64,000 nucleotides of DNA, taken from the NCBI GenBank assembly GCA_016930175.1, contig JAFGHJ010000006.1, positions 1,160 to 65,159 on the forward strand. The letters are read 5' to 3'. The position numbers and the translations under genes are program-made. Each line of letters begins with the position of its first letter. Position 1 is the first letter of the stretch. The notes beneath the pieces were generated by a model, which did not search any database, was not told the DNA's origin, and worked only from the letters and a program-made list of their open reading frames with translations. Below, one piece after another: positions 17,787 through 27,324 of this stretch. Origin of the DNA: a candidate division WOR-3 bacterium (GTDB taxonomy: Bacteria; Hydrothermota; UBA3072).

Positions 17787-18407
17787 ATGGTTGAAGATCA
17801 AATAAAAAGAAGAGGCATTATTGATAAAAGAGTTCTTGCTGCAATGGAAGAAATACCCAGGCATGAATTCGTTGAAGAGGGTCTGAAAGGAGTCGCCTAT
17901 CAGGATGGCCCGCTCCCGATTGGTATGGATCAGACAATATCTCAGCCTTATATTGTCGCTTTGATGTCGGAGCTTCTAGATGTATCCGAAGAAGACAAAG
18001 TGCTTGAAGTTGGTACAGGCAGCGGTTACCAGGCTGCTGTAATTTCACGCTTTGCGATGAGTGTCGTTACAGTAGAAAGAATTCCGGAACTTTATAAAAA
18101 AGCAAAAAAGACCTTGCGAAAATTGGGTTACAATAATATAACTGTAGTGTTGGCGGATGGGAGTATCGGCTACAGGGAATATGCTCCATACAACAGGATA
18201 ATTGTTACAGCTGCTTCTCCTTTTGTGCCAGACGAGCTGATTGAGCAATTAACTGACCCTGGTAAAATAGTTATTCCTGTTGGTGGTATGTTTACTCAGC
18301 AGCTGGTCGTTTTGAAAAAAGAAGCTGGCAAAGTAATCAAAACTGATAGTATCGGAGTAAGATTTGTACCCTTAAAGGGTAGAAAAGGATGGGAAAACGG
18401 GGCGTAG
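17787..18407 (+). CDS. pcm: protein-L-isoaspartate O-methyltransferase
   Basis: TISQPYIVA, VLEVGTGSGYQAA and VRFVPL motifs, with conserved surE-pcm linkage. ATG 17787 (MVEDQ...) is preferred over the TTG at 17730 in the ORF track. Confidence 0.9.
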   Translation: MVEDQIKRRGIIDKRVLAAMEEIPRHEFVEEGLKGVAYQDGPLPIGMDQTISQPYIVALMSELLDVSEEDKVLEVGTGSGYQAAVISRFAMSVVTVERIPELYKKAKKTLRKLGYNNITVVLADGSIGYREYAPYNRIIVTAASPFVPDELIEQLTDPGKIVIPVGGMFTQQLVVLKKEAGKVIKTDSIGVRFVPLKGRKGWENGA

Positions 18408-18472
18408 CGCAGCCCGGTTAGCGCGCCTGCTTCGGGAGCAGGAGGTCGGTGGTTCAAATCCACTCGCCCCGA
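18398..18472 (+). tRNA. tRNA-Pro (anticodon CGG)
   Basis: Same acceptor and T arms as the tRNA at 15410. Anticodon stem CCTGC/GCAGG with loop TTCGGGA. Its first 10 nt overlap the pcm 3' end. Confidence 0.9.
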
Positions 18473-18476
18473 TTTT

Positions 18477-18636
18477 TAACCACAGATCACACAAGATTAA
18501 CACAAGATTATGCCATATATAAATCTAAAAAACAATTTAAACACAGAGAACACAGAGGAGAAAGAACAAATAGAGAAATAAGGAAAATTTTTGTTGTTAG
18601 AAAAATCTGAGTAAATCTGTGAAATCTTGTGGTTAT
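18477..18636. repeat. ~160-bp element of CACAGAT/CACAAGATT/CACAGAG units with inverted ends
   Basis: Left end TAACCACAGATCACACAAGATTAACACAAGATTA. Centre ACACAGAGAACACAGAGGAG (18541-18560). The right end reads ATAACCACAAGATTTCACAGATTTACTCAGATT on the opposite strand. Confidence 0.7.
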
Positions 18637-18657
18637 GAAAAGTTAAGTTAAAAAATT

Positions 18658-20142
18658 ATGAAACTGAAGAAAGTTGGTGGATTTAGCATAGGAACATTAT
18701 TATCAAGAATAACCGGTATGGGAAGGGAAGTGGCTTTCGCGTACCTGTTCGGTTCTTCTGCGCTTATGGACGCTTTCAGGGTTGCTTTCAATATACCCAA
18801 TCTACTCAGAGATTTTTTTGGTGAAGGCGGCATGAATGCGGCTTTTGTACCGGTTTTTTCGGAATATTACTCAAAAGAAGGAGAAAAAAATGCCAGCGAA
18901 TATTTATCTTCTTTCCTTTTACCTCTGACCACAATTCTTCTTATTTTGGTTTCCTTGGGGATTATATTCTCTCCTTTCTTAATTTCTTTTCTGGCGAAAG
19001 GCTTTAGCAGTAACCCTCTCCAATATCAGACTGCCGTCAAACTTACCCGAATAATGTTTCCCTTTCTTATACTTATTTCTCTTGCTTCTGTGGTTATGGG
19101 TGTTCTGACATGTTTTGACCGTTTCTTCATAACAGGCATTTACACGGTTTTCTTTAATATATCTGTCATTTTATTTTCTTTTTTGCTATATAAAAACTTT
19201 GGTATTTTTGGTGCCGCTACTGGTATTCTAGCCGGCGGCGTGATTCAACTTTTATTTTTGCTTTTATTTCTTCCTCAAACGGGAATCAGACTAAAAAAAC
19301 CCCGGCTGGGGCATCCCGGTGTAAAACAATCATTTCTTCTCCTAATCCCTGTTTTTCTTGCGTATGCAGCAACGAAAATAAATGTGGCTGTTACCCTTTT
19401 TCTCGCTTCACTGCTTCCTGCGGGGAATATATCACACCTGAGTTATGCTTACAGAATAATGCAGTTACCTCTCGGTATGTTCGGTGTAGCTGTTGCAGTG
19501 GTTTCACTCCCTGAACTTTCAAGAAAAGCAGCCTCGAAGCTTGACCAATATCCTTACATATTAGCATCGCTCCGAGCCGTTTTTCTTCTTTCTGTTCCTT
19601 CAGTCTTTTTTCTGTCTTCGGTTCGCCTGCCTGTCGTACGAATTATTTATGAGCACGGGGCTTTCCTCACGCAGGATTCGACTAAAACCTCTGCCATTCT
19701 TCTTTTTTATCTTCTTGGAATTCCTTTTATAGCAGGAACTAAAGTTATAGGAAATGTGTATTTTTCAAGAAAAGACACAAAAACTCCCATGAAGATAAGC
19801 TACGTTTCTATGATAATAAATGTTATTCTGGCAGTAATTTTTTTAAATATATTAGGAGCCAGAGGCTTGGCTCTCGCAGTTTCCGTATCAGGTATAATTC
19901 AGTTTGCCTTACTAATCATACCGCACCGTAAAGTCTTGAAAGATTTAAGCTTATTCTTCCTTTATTTAATTCTCATCTCTTTTGTCGCTATAATTCCTGT
20001 GATTTATATACAGAAAGTAAGCGGATATATCTTATCTTTTATTTGCGGAGGCTTGATTTTTGTCTTGATTTTTACCTGTTTGGGGTATATATTAAAAATT
20101 GAAGAAATATGCAAATTGCTGAAGAAATTAAAAAATCGGTAG
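18658..20142 (+). CDS. murJ: lipid II flippase MurJ
   Basis: N-terminus SRITGMGREVAFAYLFGSSALMDAFRVAFNIPNLLRDFFGEG, about 14 TM helices, 494 aa. Confidence 0.9.
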   Translation: MKLKKVGGFSIGTLLSRITGMGREVAFAYLFGSSALMDAFRVAFNIPNLLRDFFGEGGMNAAFVPVFSEYYSKEGEKNASEYLSSFLLPLTTILLILVSLGIIFSPFLISFLAKGFSSNPLQYQTAVKLTRIMFPFLILISLASVVMGVLTCFDRFFITGIYTVFFNISVILFSFLLYKNFGIFGAATGILAGGVIQLLFLLLFLPQTGIRLKKPRLGHPGVKQSFLLLIPVFLAYAATKINVAVTLFLASLLPAGNISHLSYAYRIMQLPLGMFGVAVAVVSLPELSRKAASKLDQYPYILASLRAVFLLSVPSVFFLSSVRLPVVRIIYEHGAFLTQDSTKTSAILLFYLLGIPFIAGTKVIGNVYFSRKDTKTPMKISYVSMIINVILAVIFLNILGARGLALAVSVSGIIQFALLIIPHRKVLKDLSLFFLYLILISFVAIIPVIYIQKVSGYILSFICGGLIFVLIFTCLGYILKIEEICKLLKKLKNR

Positions 20143-20681
20143 AAGCTTTATTGTTCGCTTCATCCGAACCAATAAGCTCCAGAAAAATCGCTGATGCGCT
20201 GGGTTGCCATGCTGGTATTGTTGAGAAAGCACTTGCCCTACTGGAAAAAGAATATGCGGAAACCGATAGAGCATTTGTTATCAAGAAAGTGAATAAAGGA
20301 TATAGCCTTTTTACTAAGCCCGAATTTTCTGAAATCATAAAACGCCTTACGGGAAAAAGAGAATTATATTTATCCAGAGCTGCGCTGACAACACTCGCGA
20401 TTATCGCTTACAGGCAGCCTGTAACACGCAGAGATATAGAAATGATAAGAGGAGTCGATAGCTCCGGGGTTATTCATACACTACAGGATGCTGGTTTGAT
20501 AAAAGTCGTCGGCAAAGAAGATATTTTCGGGCATCCGTTCATATATGGTACTACAGGTAAATTTTTAGAAACCTTTCACTTGGAATCTCTTGAAGATCTT
20601 CCACGAATAGAAAATGAGGATTCAGCGTTTTTTGGCGAGAGCGGGGCTGGCTTCCAGAAGGGAAGCGAAAGCTCTGATTGA
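20109..20681 (+). CDS. scpB: segregation and condensation protein B
   Basis: VEALLFASSEPIS, LAIIAYRQPVTRRDIEMIRGV and GHPFIYGTT motifs. Confidence 0.9.
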   Translation: MQIAEEIKKSVEALLFASSEPISSRKIADALGCHAGIVEKALALLEKEYAETDRAFVIKKVNKGYSLFTKPEFSEIIKRLTGKRELYLSRAALTTLAIIAYRQPVTRRDIEMIRGVDSSGVIHTLQDAGLIKVVGKEDIFGHPFIYGTTGKFLETFHLESLEDLPRIENEDSAFFGESGAGFQKGSESSD

Positions 20682-21321
20682 AAAAGGATTGGTAAAGGTT
20701 AACGGGAAAGTAGTATCCGAACCCTTTTTTCAGGTTAATCCTGAGAACGATTTAATAGAATTTAAGGACAGAAGGATTAAAATCCCAGAAGAATGGACTT
20801 ATATAATTTTAAACAAACCAAGAGAAGTTATTACCACGGTCAGAGACGAATTAGGCAGGGAAACAGTAATGGATTTTATTCCCTGTAAGAAGAAAGGACT
20901 GGTCCCTGTAGGCAGATTAGATGAAGAATCCGAAGGACTCATTTTAATCACGAATGACGGAGACCTCGCACATGGATTAACTCATCCTTCTTTTGAAATT
21001 GAGAAAGAGTATGAAGTTACCTTACCCAGATCTCCGGGAAAAGAATTAAAAAAAATGGAAGAAGGGATACGGATAGGCAATGAACATCTAAAGGCAAGCA
21101 GAGTGGTTACAAAAAAAGGAAACAAGGTGATTGTAACTCTGAAGGAAGGGAAAAACAGAGAAATAAGAAGAATGCTCGGTATGTTGGGATACAGGGCAGA
21201 GCGGCTCAAGAGGGTAAGAATCGGAAATCTAAGACTCTCCGGTCTTAAAACCGGTGAATGGAGGGAGCTAACCGAGAAAGAAGTTTCGAAATTGAAAGGT
21301 ATTATTTGTGGAAAAGATTGA
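20614..21321 (+). CDS. rluB: RsuA/RluB-family pseudouridine synthase with N-terminal S4 domain
   Basis: MRIQRFLARAGLASRREA S4 start, GRLDEESEGLILITNDG catalytic Asp motif and GKNREIRRM. It overlaps the scpB 3' end by 68 nt. Confidence 0.85.
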   Translation: MRIQRFLARAGLASRREAKALIEKGLVKVNGKVVSEPFFQVNPENDLIEFKDRRIKIPEEWTYIILNKPREVITTVRDELGRETVMDFIPCKKKGLVPVGRLDEESEGLILITNDGDLAHGLTHPSFEIEKEYEVTLPRSPGKELKKMEEGIRIGNEHLKASRVVTKKGNKVIVTLKEGKNREIRRMLGMLGYRAERLKRVRIGNLRLSGLKTGEWRELTEKEVSKLKGIICGKD

Positions 21322-23899
21322 GTCTTTTGTAGCCGTTGATTTAGAAACGACAGGCCTGGATCCCCAGCTCGAAACAATAATTGAAGTCGGTCTCATTTGC
21401 TTTAAAAACGGAAAAATTAAGGATAAATTCACAAAGACAGTTAATCCGCTCAAAACGGTTTCCGATAACGTCTTAATACTTACCGGAATAAAACAAGAAG
21501 AACTCTTTTCCAGCCCTACTTTAGATAAAATTATCCCGGAAATTAAAGATTTTATCGAAGACAAACCTTTAGTTGGACACAATATTGCATTTGACATTAG
21601 TTTCTTAGAGAAAAGTTTCCCTGTTAAGAATTTAACTTATGATACGTTTAACTTAAGCAGAATATATTTGCCTTTTGTCACAAGCCATAGTCTTTCAAGC
21701 GTTGTGGAATATTTTAAAATTCCCTATGAGAATGCTCACAGGGCAAGCTACGATGCGGAAATGGCAGGCAGAATATTTTTACAGATGTTTGATTTAATGG
21801 CGAATTTGGATCCGGAAATTCTAAAGAACCAATTAGATATAATGGATGGAAAGAGTAATGAATTCGAGGTTATAAAAAAAGCGCTGGAGATTTCTTTAAG
21901 AAAAGGATTAAACAGGAACCCTTATCCCTTCGATATTCCGGTTAATTTCCGGGAGAATAGAGGAAATGGGATTTGCAAAAATTACTCCTCAATAAAAGAT
22001 TATTTCAACAATGAATCTCTGGAGGAAAGAAACTCACAAATTATGATGGCAGAATTAGTTCAATCGACCCTGCTTAATGGGGATTTTCTTCTTGTTGAGT
22101 CATCTGCGGGTACCGGAAAGTCCTTAGCTTACCTTATTCCCGGTATTTTGATGTGCAAAGAAGAGAAAAATCCTATCTATATCTCGAGTTATACAAAAAA
22201 CCTGCAGCAACAGCTTTTTAATAATGACATTCCTTTTGCTGAAGAAATAACAGGCTGCGGGGTAAACACAGTGCTTGAGAAAGGTCGTTCTAATTATCTT
22301 TGCCTTCAGAAAACAAAAGACTTACCCAAAAACCTCGAACCTGTTTCTCTATGTTCTTTACTTTTATGGGTCTTCCTTACAAGGACAGGAGATCTTTCGG
22401 AAATATCCTATGTTTTCAGAGAAATAAATAAAGGTCTGGTATCCATGGACGAATCCTGCAAAAAGGAAGCATGTCCCTATTATAGGGATTGCTTTTTCTA
22501 TAATATGAAGAAAAGATTAAAAGATGCCGACCTTATTCTTGTAAACCATGCTCTTTTTTTTACCGGAAAACCAAGTGCCAGTAATGTCATTTTTGATGAA
22601 GCGCACGAGTTAGAAAAAGCTGCCACTTCGGGATTCTCCATAAGTATAAGTTTCGGGGAAATTCAGTCTGTTCTTAATAACATATCAAGAGGATTAAAGA
22701 AAAGAAAAATCCTCGAGGAAATCAAAAATTTAATCGATAAGGCTAAAGAATCCTTTGAAAAAATCGCAGATAAAGTTCTTTCAGCGAACAATTATCAAGA
22801 AGGGCTATATAGAGGGGAGGATATATCTTCTTTACGTTTTCTCGAGGAAGGCCTGGAAAAAATACTCTCTCTTCTTTCTTCTGTTGAGTTAAAAGACCAG
22901 ACCGAAAAAGAAAAATTGAAAGAAATTATTACGAAAATGAGAGTTATAATAGAACAAGAAGAGAACGACAGGGTTTTTTATTACAATATACCCCATCGTC
23001 AGCGGCTATCTTCGATTGAACTCATAGCGGCACCCCTTGACCTGGCGCCTTATCTTGAAGAATTTCTCTATCCCAATCTCGATTCTTTTGTTATGACTTC
23101 GGCAACTCTCACAGTGGGAGAATCTTTTGATTTCATTAAGAATATTTTAGGATTAAACAGTTTTGGTGAAAGACTAAAGGAAATTTCTCTTCCTGAGACA
23201 TATAAATTAAGAGAACAGGCTTTAACCATCATTCCTGCTTACATCTCTGATCCAGGGGAGGAGAATTTTATTGAACAAGTTAGTCAATTCATAAGAGACG
23301 TTATTCTTCCACAAGAGAGAGGTACCCTGGTATTATTTATGTCTTATAAGCATATGAAAGGGGTATACCAGCAGGTCTCAAGCGATTTTGAGGCACTTGG
23401 CAGAGAACTTTTAATACAGGGTTTTGGTAAATCAAGGAAGAAATTGCTGACTCTATTTAAAGAAAATCCTGCTTCTGTTCTTTTCGGAACAGGCTCATTC
23501 TGGCAGGGAATTGATGTTCCCGGTAAATCGCTTGAGATTGTTGTAATAGAAAAATTACCCTTCCCCAACCCCTCTGAGCCTTTAGTCGGGGCAAAATCAG
23601 CTTATTTTGAGAAAAAAGGTCTTGGCGGTTTTTCTTATTACATACTTCCTCTCTCCGTTTTAAGATTTAAGCAGGGATTTGGAAGATTAATTCGTTCCAC
23701 AAGAGACACGGGGGCAGTTGTCATTCTTGATTCTCGCGTACTTAATAAATCCTATGGTTCTGTGTTTTTGGAATCTTTGCCAACGGAAATTTCCGTGGTC
23801 AGGACAAGTTTAGAAGCCCAAAACGCACTTAATTCATGGTTCGAAGAGGGTAAAATATATAGTGTTTTTACGGAAGATGCAGGATGGGACCCCTTTTAA
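21308..23899 (+). CDS. dinG: DnaQ-like 3'-5' exonuclease fused to a DinG/XPD-family helicase
   Basis: Exonuclease motifs VAVDLETTGL, GHNIAFD and HRASYDAE. Helicase motifs SSAGTGKS (Walker A) and DEAHEL. The Cys cluster is C...CKKEACPYYRDC. GTG start. Confidence 0.85.
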   Translation: MEKIESFVAVDLETTGLDPQLETIIEVGLICFKNGKIKDKFTKTVNPLKTVSDNVLILTGIKQEELFSSPTLDKIIPEIKDFIEDKPLVGHNIAFDISFLEKSFPVKNLTYDTFNLSRIYLPFVTSHSLSSVVEYFKIPYENAHRASYDAEMAGRIFLQMFDLMANLDPEILKNQLDIMDGKSNEFEVIKKALEISLRKGLNRNPYPFDIPVNFRENRGNGICKNYSSIKDYFNNESLEERNSQIMMAELVQSTLLNGDFLLVESSAGTGKSLAYLIPGILMCKEEKNPIYISSYTKNLQQQLFNNDIPFAEEITGCGVNTVLEKGRSNYLCLQKTKDLPKNLEPVSLCSLLLWVFLTRTGDLSEISYVFREINKGLVSMDESCKKEACPYYRDCFFYNMKKRLKDADLILVNHALFFTGKPSASNVIFDEAHELEKAATSGFSISISFGEIQSVLNNISRGLKKRKILEEIKNLIDKAKESFEKIADKVLSANNYQEGLYRGEDISSLRFLEEGLEKILSLLSSVELKDQTEKEKLKEIITKMRVIIEQEENDRVFYYNIPHRQRLSSIELIAAPLDLAPYLEEFLYPNLDSFVMTSATLTVGESFDFIKNILGLNSFGERLKEISLPETYKLREQALTIIPAYISDPGEENFIEQVSQFIRDVILPQERGTLVLFMSYKHMKGVYQQVSSDFEALGRELLIQGFGKSRKKLLTLFKENPASVLFGTGSFWQGIDVPGKSLEIVVIEKLPFPNPSEPLVGAKSAYFEKKGLGGFSYYILPLSVLRFKQGFGRLIRSTRDTGAVVILDSRVLNKSYGSVFLESLPTEISVVRTSLEAQNALNSWFEEGKIYSVFTEDAGWDPF

Positions 23900-25002
23900 A
23901 AAAACCTGTTAAGGATATTCTTTTTGTCACGGTGGGGTATACTATCGGGGGCGCCGAAATTATGATCTCGAGAATTGCCCCCATATTGAAGATGCGTGGT
24001 TATAACGTTCGTGTCGTTGTTTTTAAAGGTTGGGGCCCTGTCTCTGAAAAACTAAAGCGCAGCGGAATCGAATGTATAGCTCTACATGGTAAAGGAAGAT
24101 TTGATTTGCGAATTCTATGGCGATATTTCTTTTACTTAATGGAAAACCCTCCTGATTTAATAATTGCATTTCTTTATCGTGCTTATATTCCAACTCGCAT
24201 TTTTGGATTTCTTCTCGGAATACAAAATATTTCCTCTGTCAGAGGAGTCCGAAAAAGTATGAGCTTAACGAACAAGTTTTTAGACAAAATAACTGTTCCT
24301 TTGAGTCATGTTATATACTCGTGTTCAGGAGCTGTCACAGATTTTCTCGTGAGAGACCTTGGTATTAAAAGAAACAACATCGTTACTATTCCGAATGGTA
24401 TTGAGGTTAAATCTTTTTCCGTTAAATTGGATAAAAACAGAATTTTAAAGGATTTAGGCGTAATTAAGGGTACTAAAGTAGTGGGAACCGTTAGCAGGTT
24501 ATATGAACCAACTAAAGGAATAAAAATCCTGCTTGAAGCTTTCAACATAATTCAAGGCAAAGCAGATTCTCTTTTACTCATTGTAGGCGGAGGTAAAGAT
24601 AAAAAAGAGCTCAAACAAATGGCTGAAAAACTTAAATTAAAAGCCTTATTTTTGGGAGAGCGTAACGACGTTGCGGAAATTCTTTCGATAATGGATGTGT
24701 TTGTTCTCCCCTCTCTTTCTGAAGGTTTTTCTGTCGTTATTTTGGAAGCTATGGCATGTGGCATCCCAGTTGTAGCCACAAATGTGGGAAGCAATAGAGA
24801 AGTTGTATTAAACGGAAAAACAGGCTTTGTTGTAGAACCGGGTAATCCTTATGAATTAGCAGATAAGATTAAAAAACTCCTCGAAGATAAGAAAATGAGA
24901 AAACTTTTTGGGAAAGCAGGCTTTAAGAGAGTTAAGGAATATTTCTCATTAGATAAAACCGTGGCCAGCATCGAGAATCTTTGGAAAGGAGCTTTACAGT
25001 GA
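23884..25002 (+). CDS. family 4 (GT-B) glycosyltransferase
   Basis: C-terminal FVLPSLSEGFSVVILEAMACGIPVVATNVG (EX7E region). Confidence 0.85.
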   Translation: MGPLLKKPVKDILFVTVGYTIGGAEIMISRIAPILKMRGYNVRVVVFKGWGPVSEKLKRSGIECIALHGKGRFDLRILWRYFFYLMENPPDLIIAFLYRAYIPTRIFGFLLGIQNISSVRGVRKSMSLTNKFLDKITVPLSHVIYSCSGAVTDFLVRDLGIKRNNIVTIPNGIEVKSFSVKLDKNRILKDLGVIKGTKVVGTVSRLYEPTKGIKILLEAFNIIQGKADSLLLIVGGGKDKKELKQMAEKLKLKALFLGERNDVAEILSIMDVFVLPSLSEGFSVVILEAMACGIPVVATNVGSNREVVLNGKTGFVVEPGNPYELADKIKKLLEDKKMRKLFGKAGFKRVKEYFSLDKTVASIENLWKGALQ

Positions 25003-25967
25003 AAAGAGAAAACATACTTGTTACCGGCGGCGCCGGATTCATCGGTTCACACCTCGTTGAAAGATTGATTGAAAAAGGATATTTTGTTATATGTCTTGAT
25101 AATTTTAATAACTATTATGATCCCGATTTGAAAGAAAAAAATATTTCAGGTATTATTGAAAATCCGAATTTCAAACTAATTCGCGGAGACATATTAGACG
25201 TTTTTCTTCTCGATGATATTTTTTCCGGAACGCAAAACCCAACACCCGGCAAAATTGTCCATCTTGCCGCCATGGCAGGAGTCCGTCCTTCTATTGCCAA
25301 CCCGGGTATTTATGTGGATGTCGATGTTAAAGGCACTGTTAACTTGCTGGAAATGGCGAAAAAATACAATGTGGAACAGTTTATATTTGCTTCTTCTTCG
25401 TCTGTTTACGGATTAAACAAAAAAACGCCTTTCTCGGAAGATGACCCTGTAGAACTCCAGATTTCCCCTTATGCGACAGCTAAAAGAGCTGCAGAAATAT
25501 TTTGCAAAACATATAATAATCTATATAGAATACCTGTCACTATTTTAAGACTTTTTTCGGTATACGGCGAAAGACAACGTCCCGATATGGCAATAAGAAA
25601 ATTTACAAAACTTATATTGGAAGACCAGCCGATAAAGATGTTCGGGGATGGCGAGTCAGAACGAGATTATACTTATATAAGCGACTGTATTGATTGTATC
25701 TTATCTGCCATAATTAAACCATTGGATTTTGAAATAATTAATGTAGGAAGCGGGAGAACCATAAGATTAAAAAAACTTATTGCGGTTTTAGAAGAAGTTA
25801 TGAGAAAAAAAGCCCGGATACAACAACTCGATGTGCATCCGGGGGAAGTACCAACTACCCATGCTGATACAAGCAAGGCGAAAAAACTCTTAAATTATAA
25901 ACCAAAAATCACTATTGAAGAGGGAATCAGAAAATTCTTTGAATGGCATAAAAAGACCCTGACTTAA
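24999..25967 (+). CDS. NAD-dependent nucleotide-sugar epimerase/dehydratase (SDR family)
   Basis: VTGGAGFIGSH Rossmann motif and YATAK catalytic motif. GTG 24999 follows GGAAAGGAG and overlaps the upstream stop as GTGA. The TTG at 24981 in the ORF track is less likely. Confidence 0.85.
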   Translation: MKRENILVTGGAGFIGSHLVERLIEKGYFVICLDNFNNYYDPDLKEKNISGIIENPNFKLIRGDILDVFLLDDIFSGTQNPTPGKIVHLAAMAGVRPSIANPGIYVDVDVKGTVNLLEMAKKYNVEQFIFASSSSVYGLNKKTPFSEDDPVELQISPYATAKRAAEIFCKTYNNLYRIPVTILRLFSVYGERQRPDMAIRKFTKLILEDQPIKMFGDGESERDYTYISDCIDCILSAIIKPLDFEIINVGSGRTIRLKKLIAVLEEVMRKKARIQQLDVHPGEVPTTHADTSKAKKLLNYKPKITIEEGIRKFFEWHKKTLT

Positions 25968-26037
25968 CTTTGAAACAAAAAGAAGAAACTATGGACTCGA
26001 TAGAAATATTAAATTTGAAATTGCAAAGGAGGAATGT

Positions 26038-27189
26038 GTGAAAGTCCCTTTGTTAGATTTGAACCGCCTTTATAATTCTATAAAAGAAGAAATCAACAAG
26101 GCAATTGAAAAAGTCTTAATTTCTCAGCATTTTATTCTCGGAGAAGAAGTGAAGCAATTAGAGGAAAAAATCGCCGCATATTGCGGCACCCGCTACGCGG
26201 TCGCTTGCGCTTCCGGAACTGATGCGCTTTTGCTGAGTTTGAGAAGTTTAGGAGTAAAAAGAGGAGATTTTGTAATAACAACACCTTTTTCTTTTTTCGC
26301 TACAGCGGGAGCCATTCATAATGTAGGTGCAATTCCAATCTTTGTTGATATTAAACCGGATACATATAATATCGACCCGAAACAAATAAAGGACTTATTA
26401 GATAAAAAATCATTCCATACAAAAAGGCTGAATGTAGAAATATCGAGAATAAAAGCAATAATACCCGTGCATTTATACGGACAGATGGCTGACATGGATC
26501 CTATAAATAACATAGCAAAAGAGTATAATTTAGATGTTATCGAAGACGCCTGTCAGGCTATAGGAGCTGAATATAAAAGTAAAAAAGCAGGCTCTATAGG
26601 CTCAACGGGCTGTTTCTCTTTTTTCCCCACAAAGAACTTGGGAGGCTACGGAGACGGAGGAATAATAACAACCAACAGGGAAGAACTTTCACTTGAACTA
26701 AAAAAACTAAGAGTTCATGGTTCCGAAAGAGATTATCATCATTTATCTGTGGGATACAACAGTAGATTGGATACAATACAGGCGGCTGTTCTTTTAGCGG
26801 AGTTCCCTCACCTTGATGATTGGAATAAGAAGAGGCAAGAAAACGCAAAGATTTATTCTGATTTGTTAAAAGACATCGAGGAAATAGACTGCCCGCATGT
26901 TGCAGGTGAACATAAGCACATTTTTCATCAATACACTATTCGTGTGAAGAATAATAAAAGAGATAAGCTTATGGGTTTTTTAACGCAAAAAGGCATTGGA
27001 AATAAGATATATTATCCCTCACCTCTACATTTACAGGAATGCTTTAACTATCTTAGTTATAAGCAAAGGGATTTCCCTGTCTCAGAAAAAGCTGCTGAAG
27101 AAGTCCTCTCTTTACCTATCTTTCCTGAGTTAACCGATGAAGAAATCGAATATGTTTGCGATTCCACAAAATCTTTCTTAGTAGATTAG
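26038..27189 (+). CDS. DegT/DnrJ/EryC1/StrS family sugar aminotransferase
   Basis: FILGEEVKQLEE, SGTDALLL, FSFFPTKNLG (PLP lysine) and YNSRLD motifs. GTG start follows AAGGAGG. Confidence 0.9.
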   Translation: MKVPLLDLNRLYNSIKEEINKAIEKVLISQHFILGEEVKQLEEKIAAYCGTRYAVACASGTDALLLSLRSLGVKRGDFVITTPFSFFATAGAIHNVGAIPIFVDIKPDTYNIDPKQIKDLLDKKSFHTKRLNVEISRIKAIIPVHLYGQMADMDPINNIAKEYNLDVIEDACQAIGAEYKSKKAGSIGSTGCFSFFPTKNLGGYGDGGIITTNREELSLELKKLRVHGSERDYHHLSVGYNSRLDTIQAAVLLAEFPHLDDWNKKRQENAKIYSDLLKDIEEIDCPHVAGEHKHIFHQYTIRVKNNKRDKLMGFLTQKGIGNKIYYPSPLHLQECFNYLSYKQRDFPVSEKAAEEVLSLPIFPELTDEEIEYVCDSTKSFLVD

Positions 27190-27324
27190 GTTAGGAATAC
27201 TTAAATATTACAATTTATGTATTAATGGCTATATTCTACAAATTATATTTAATCGTAAAAACCTCAAAGCATTTTACGCTTGTTTTTTTGTTCGTTCATT
27301 ATAATTTTATAATTGAAAAATAAT

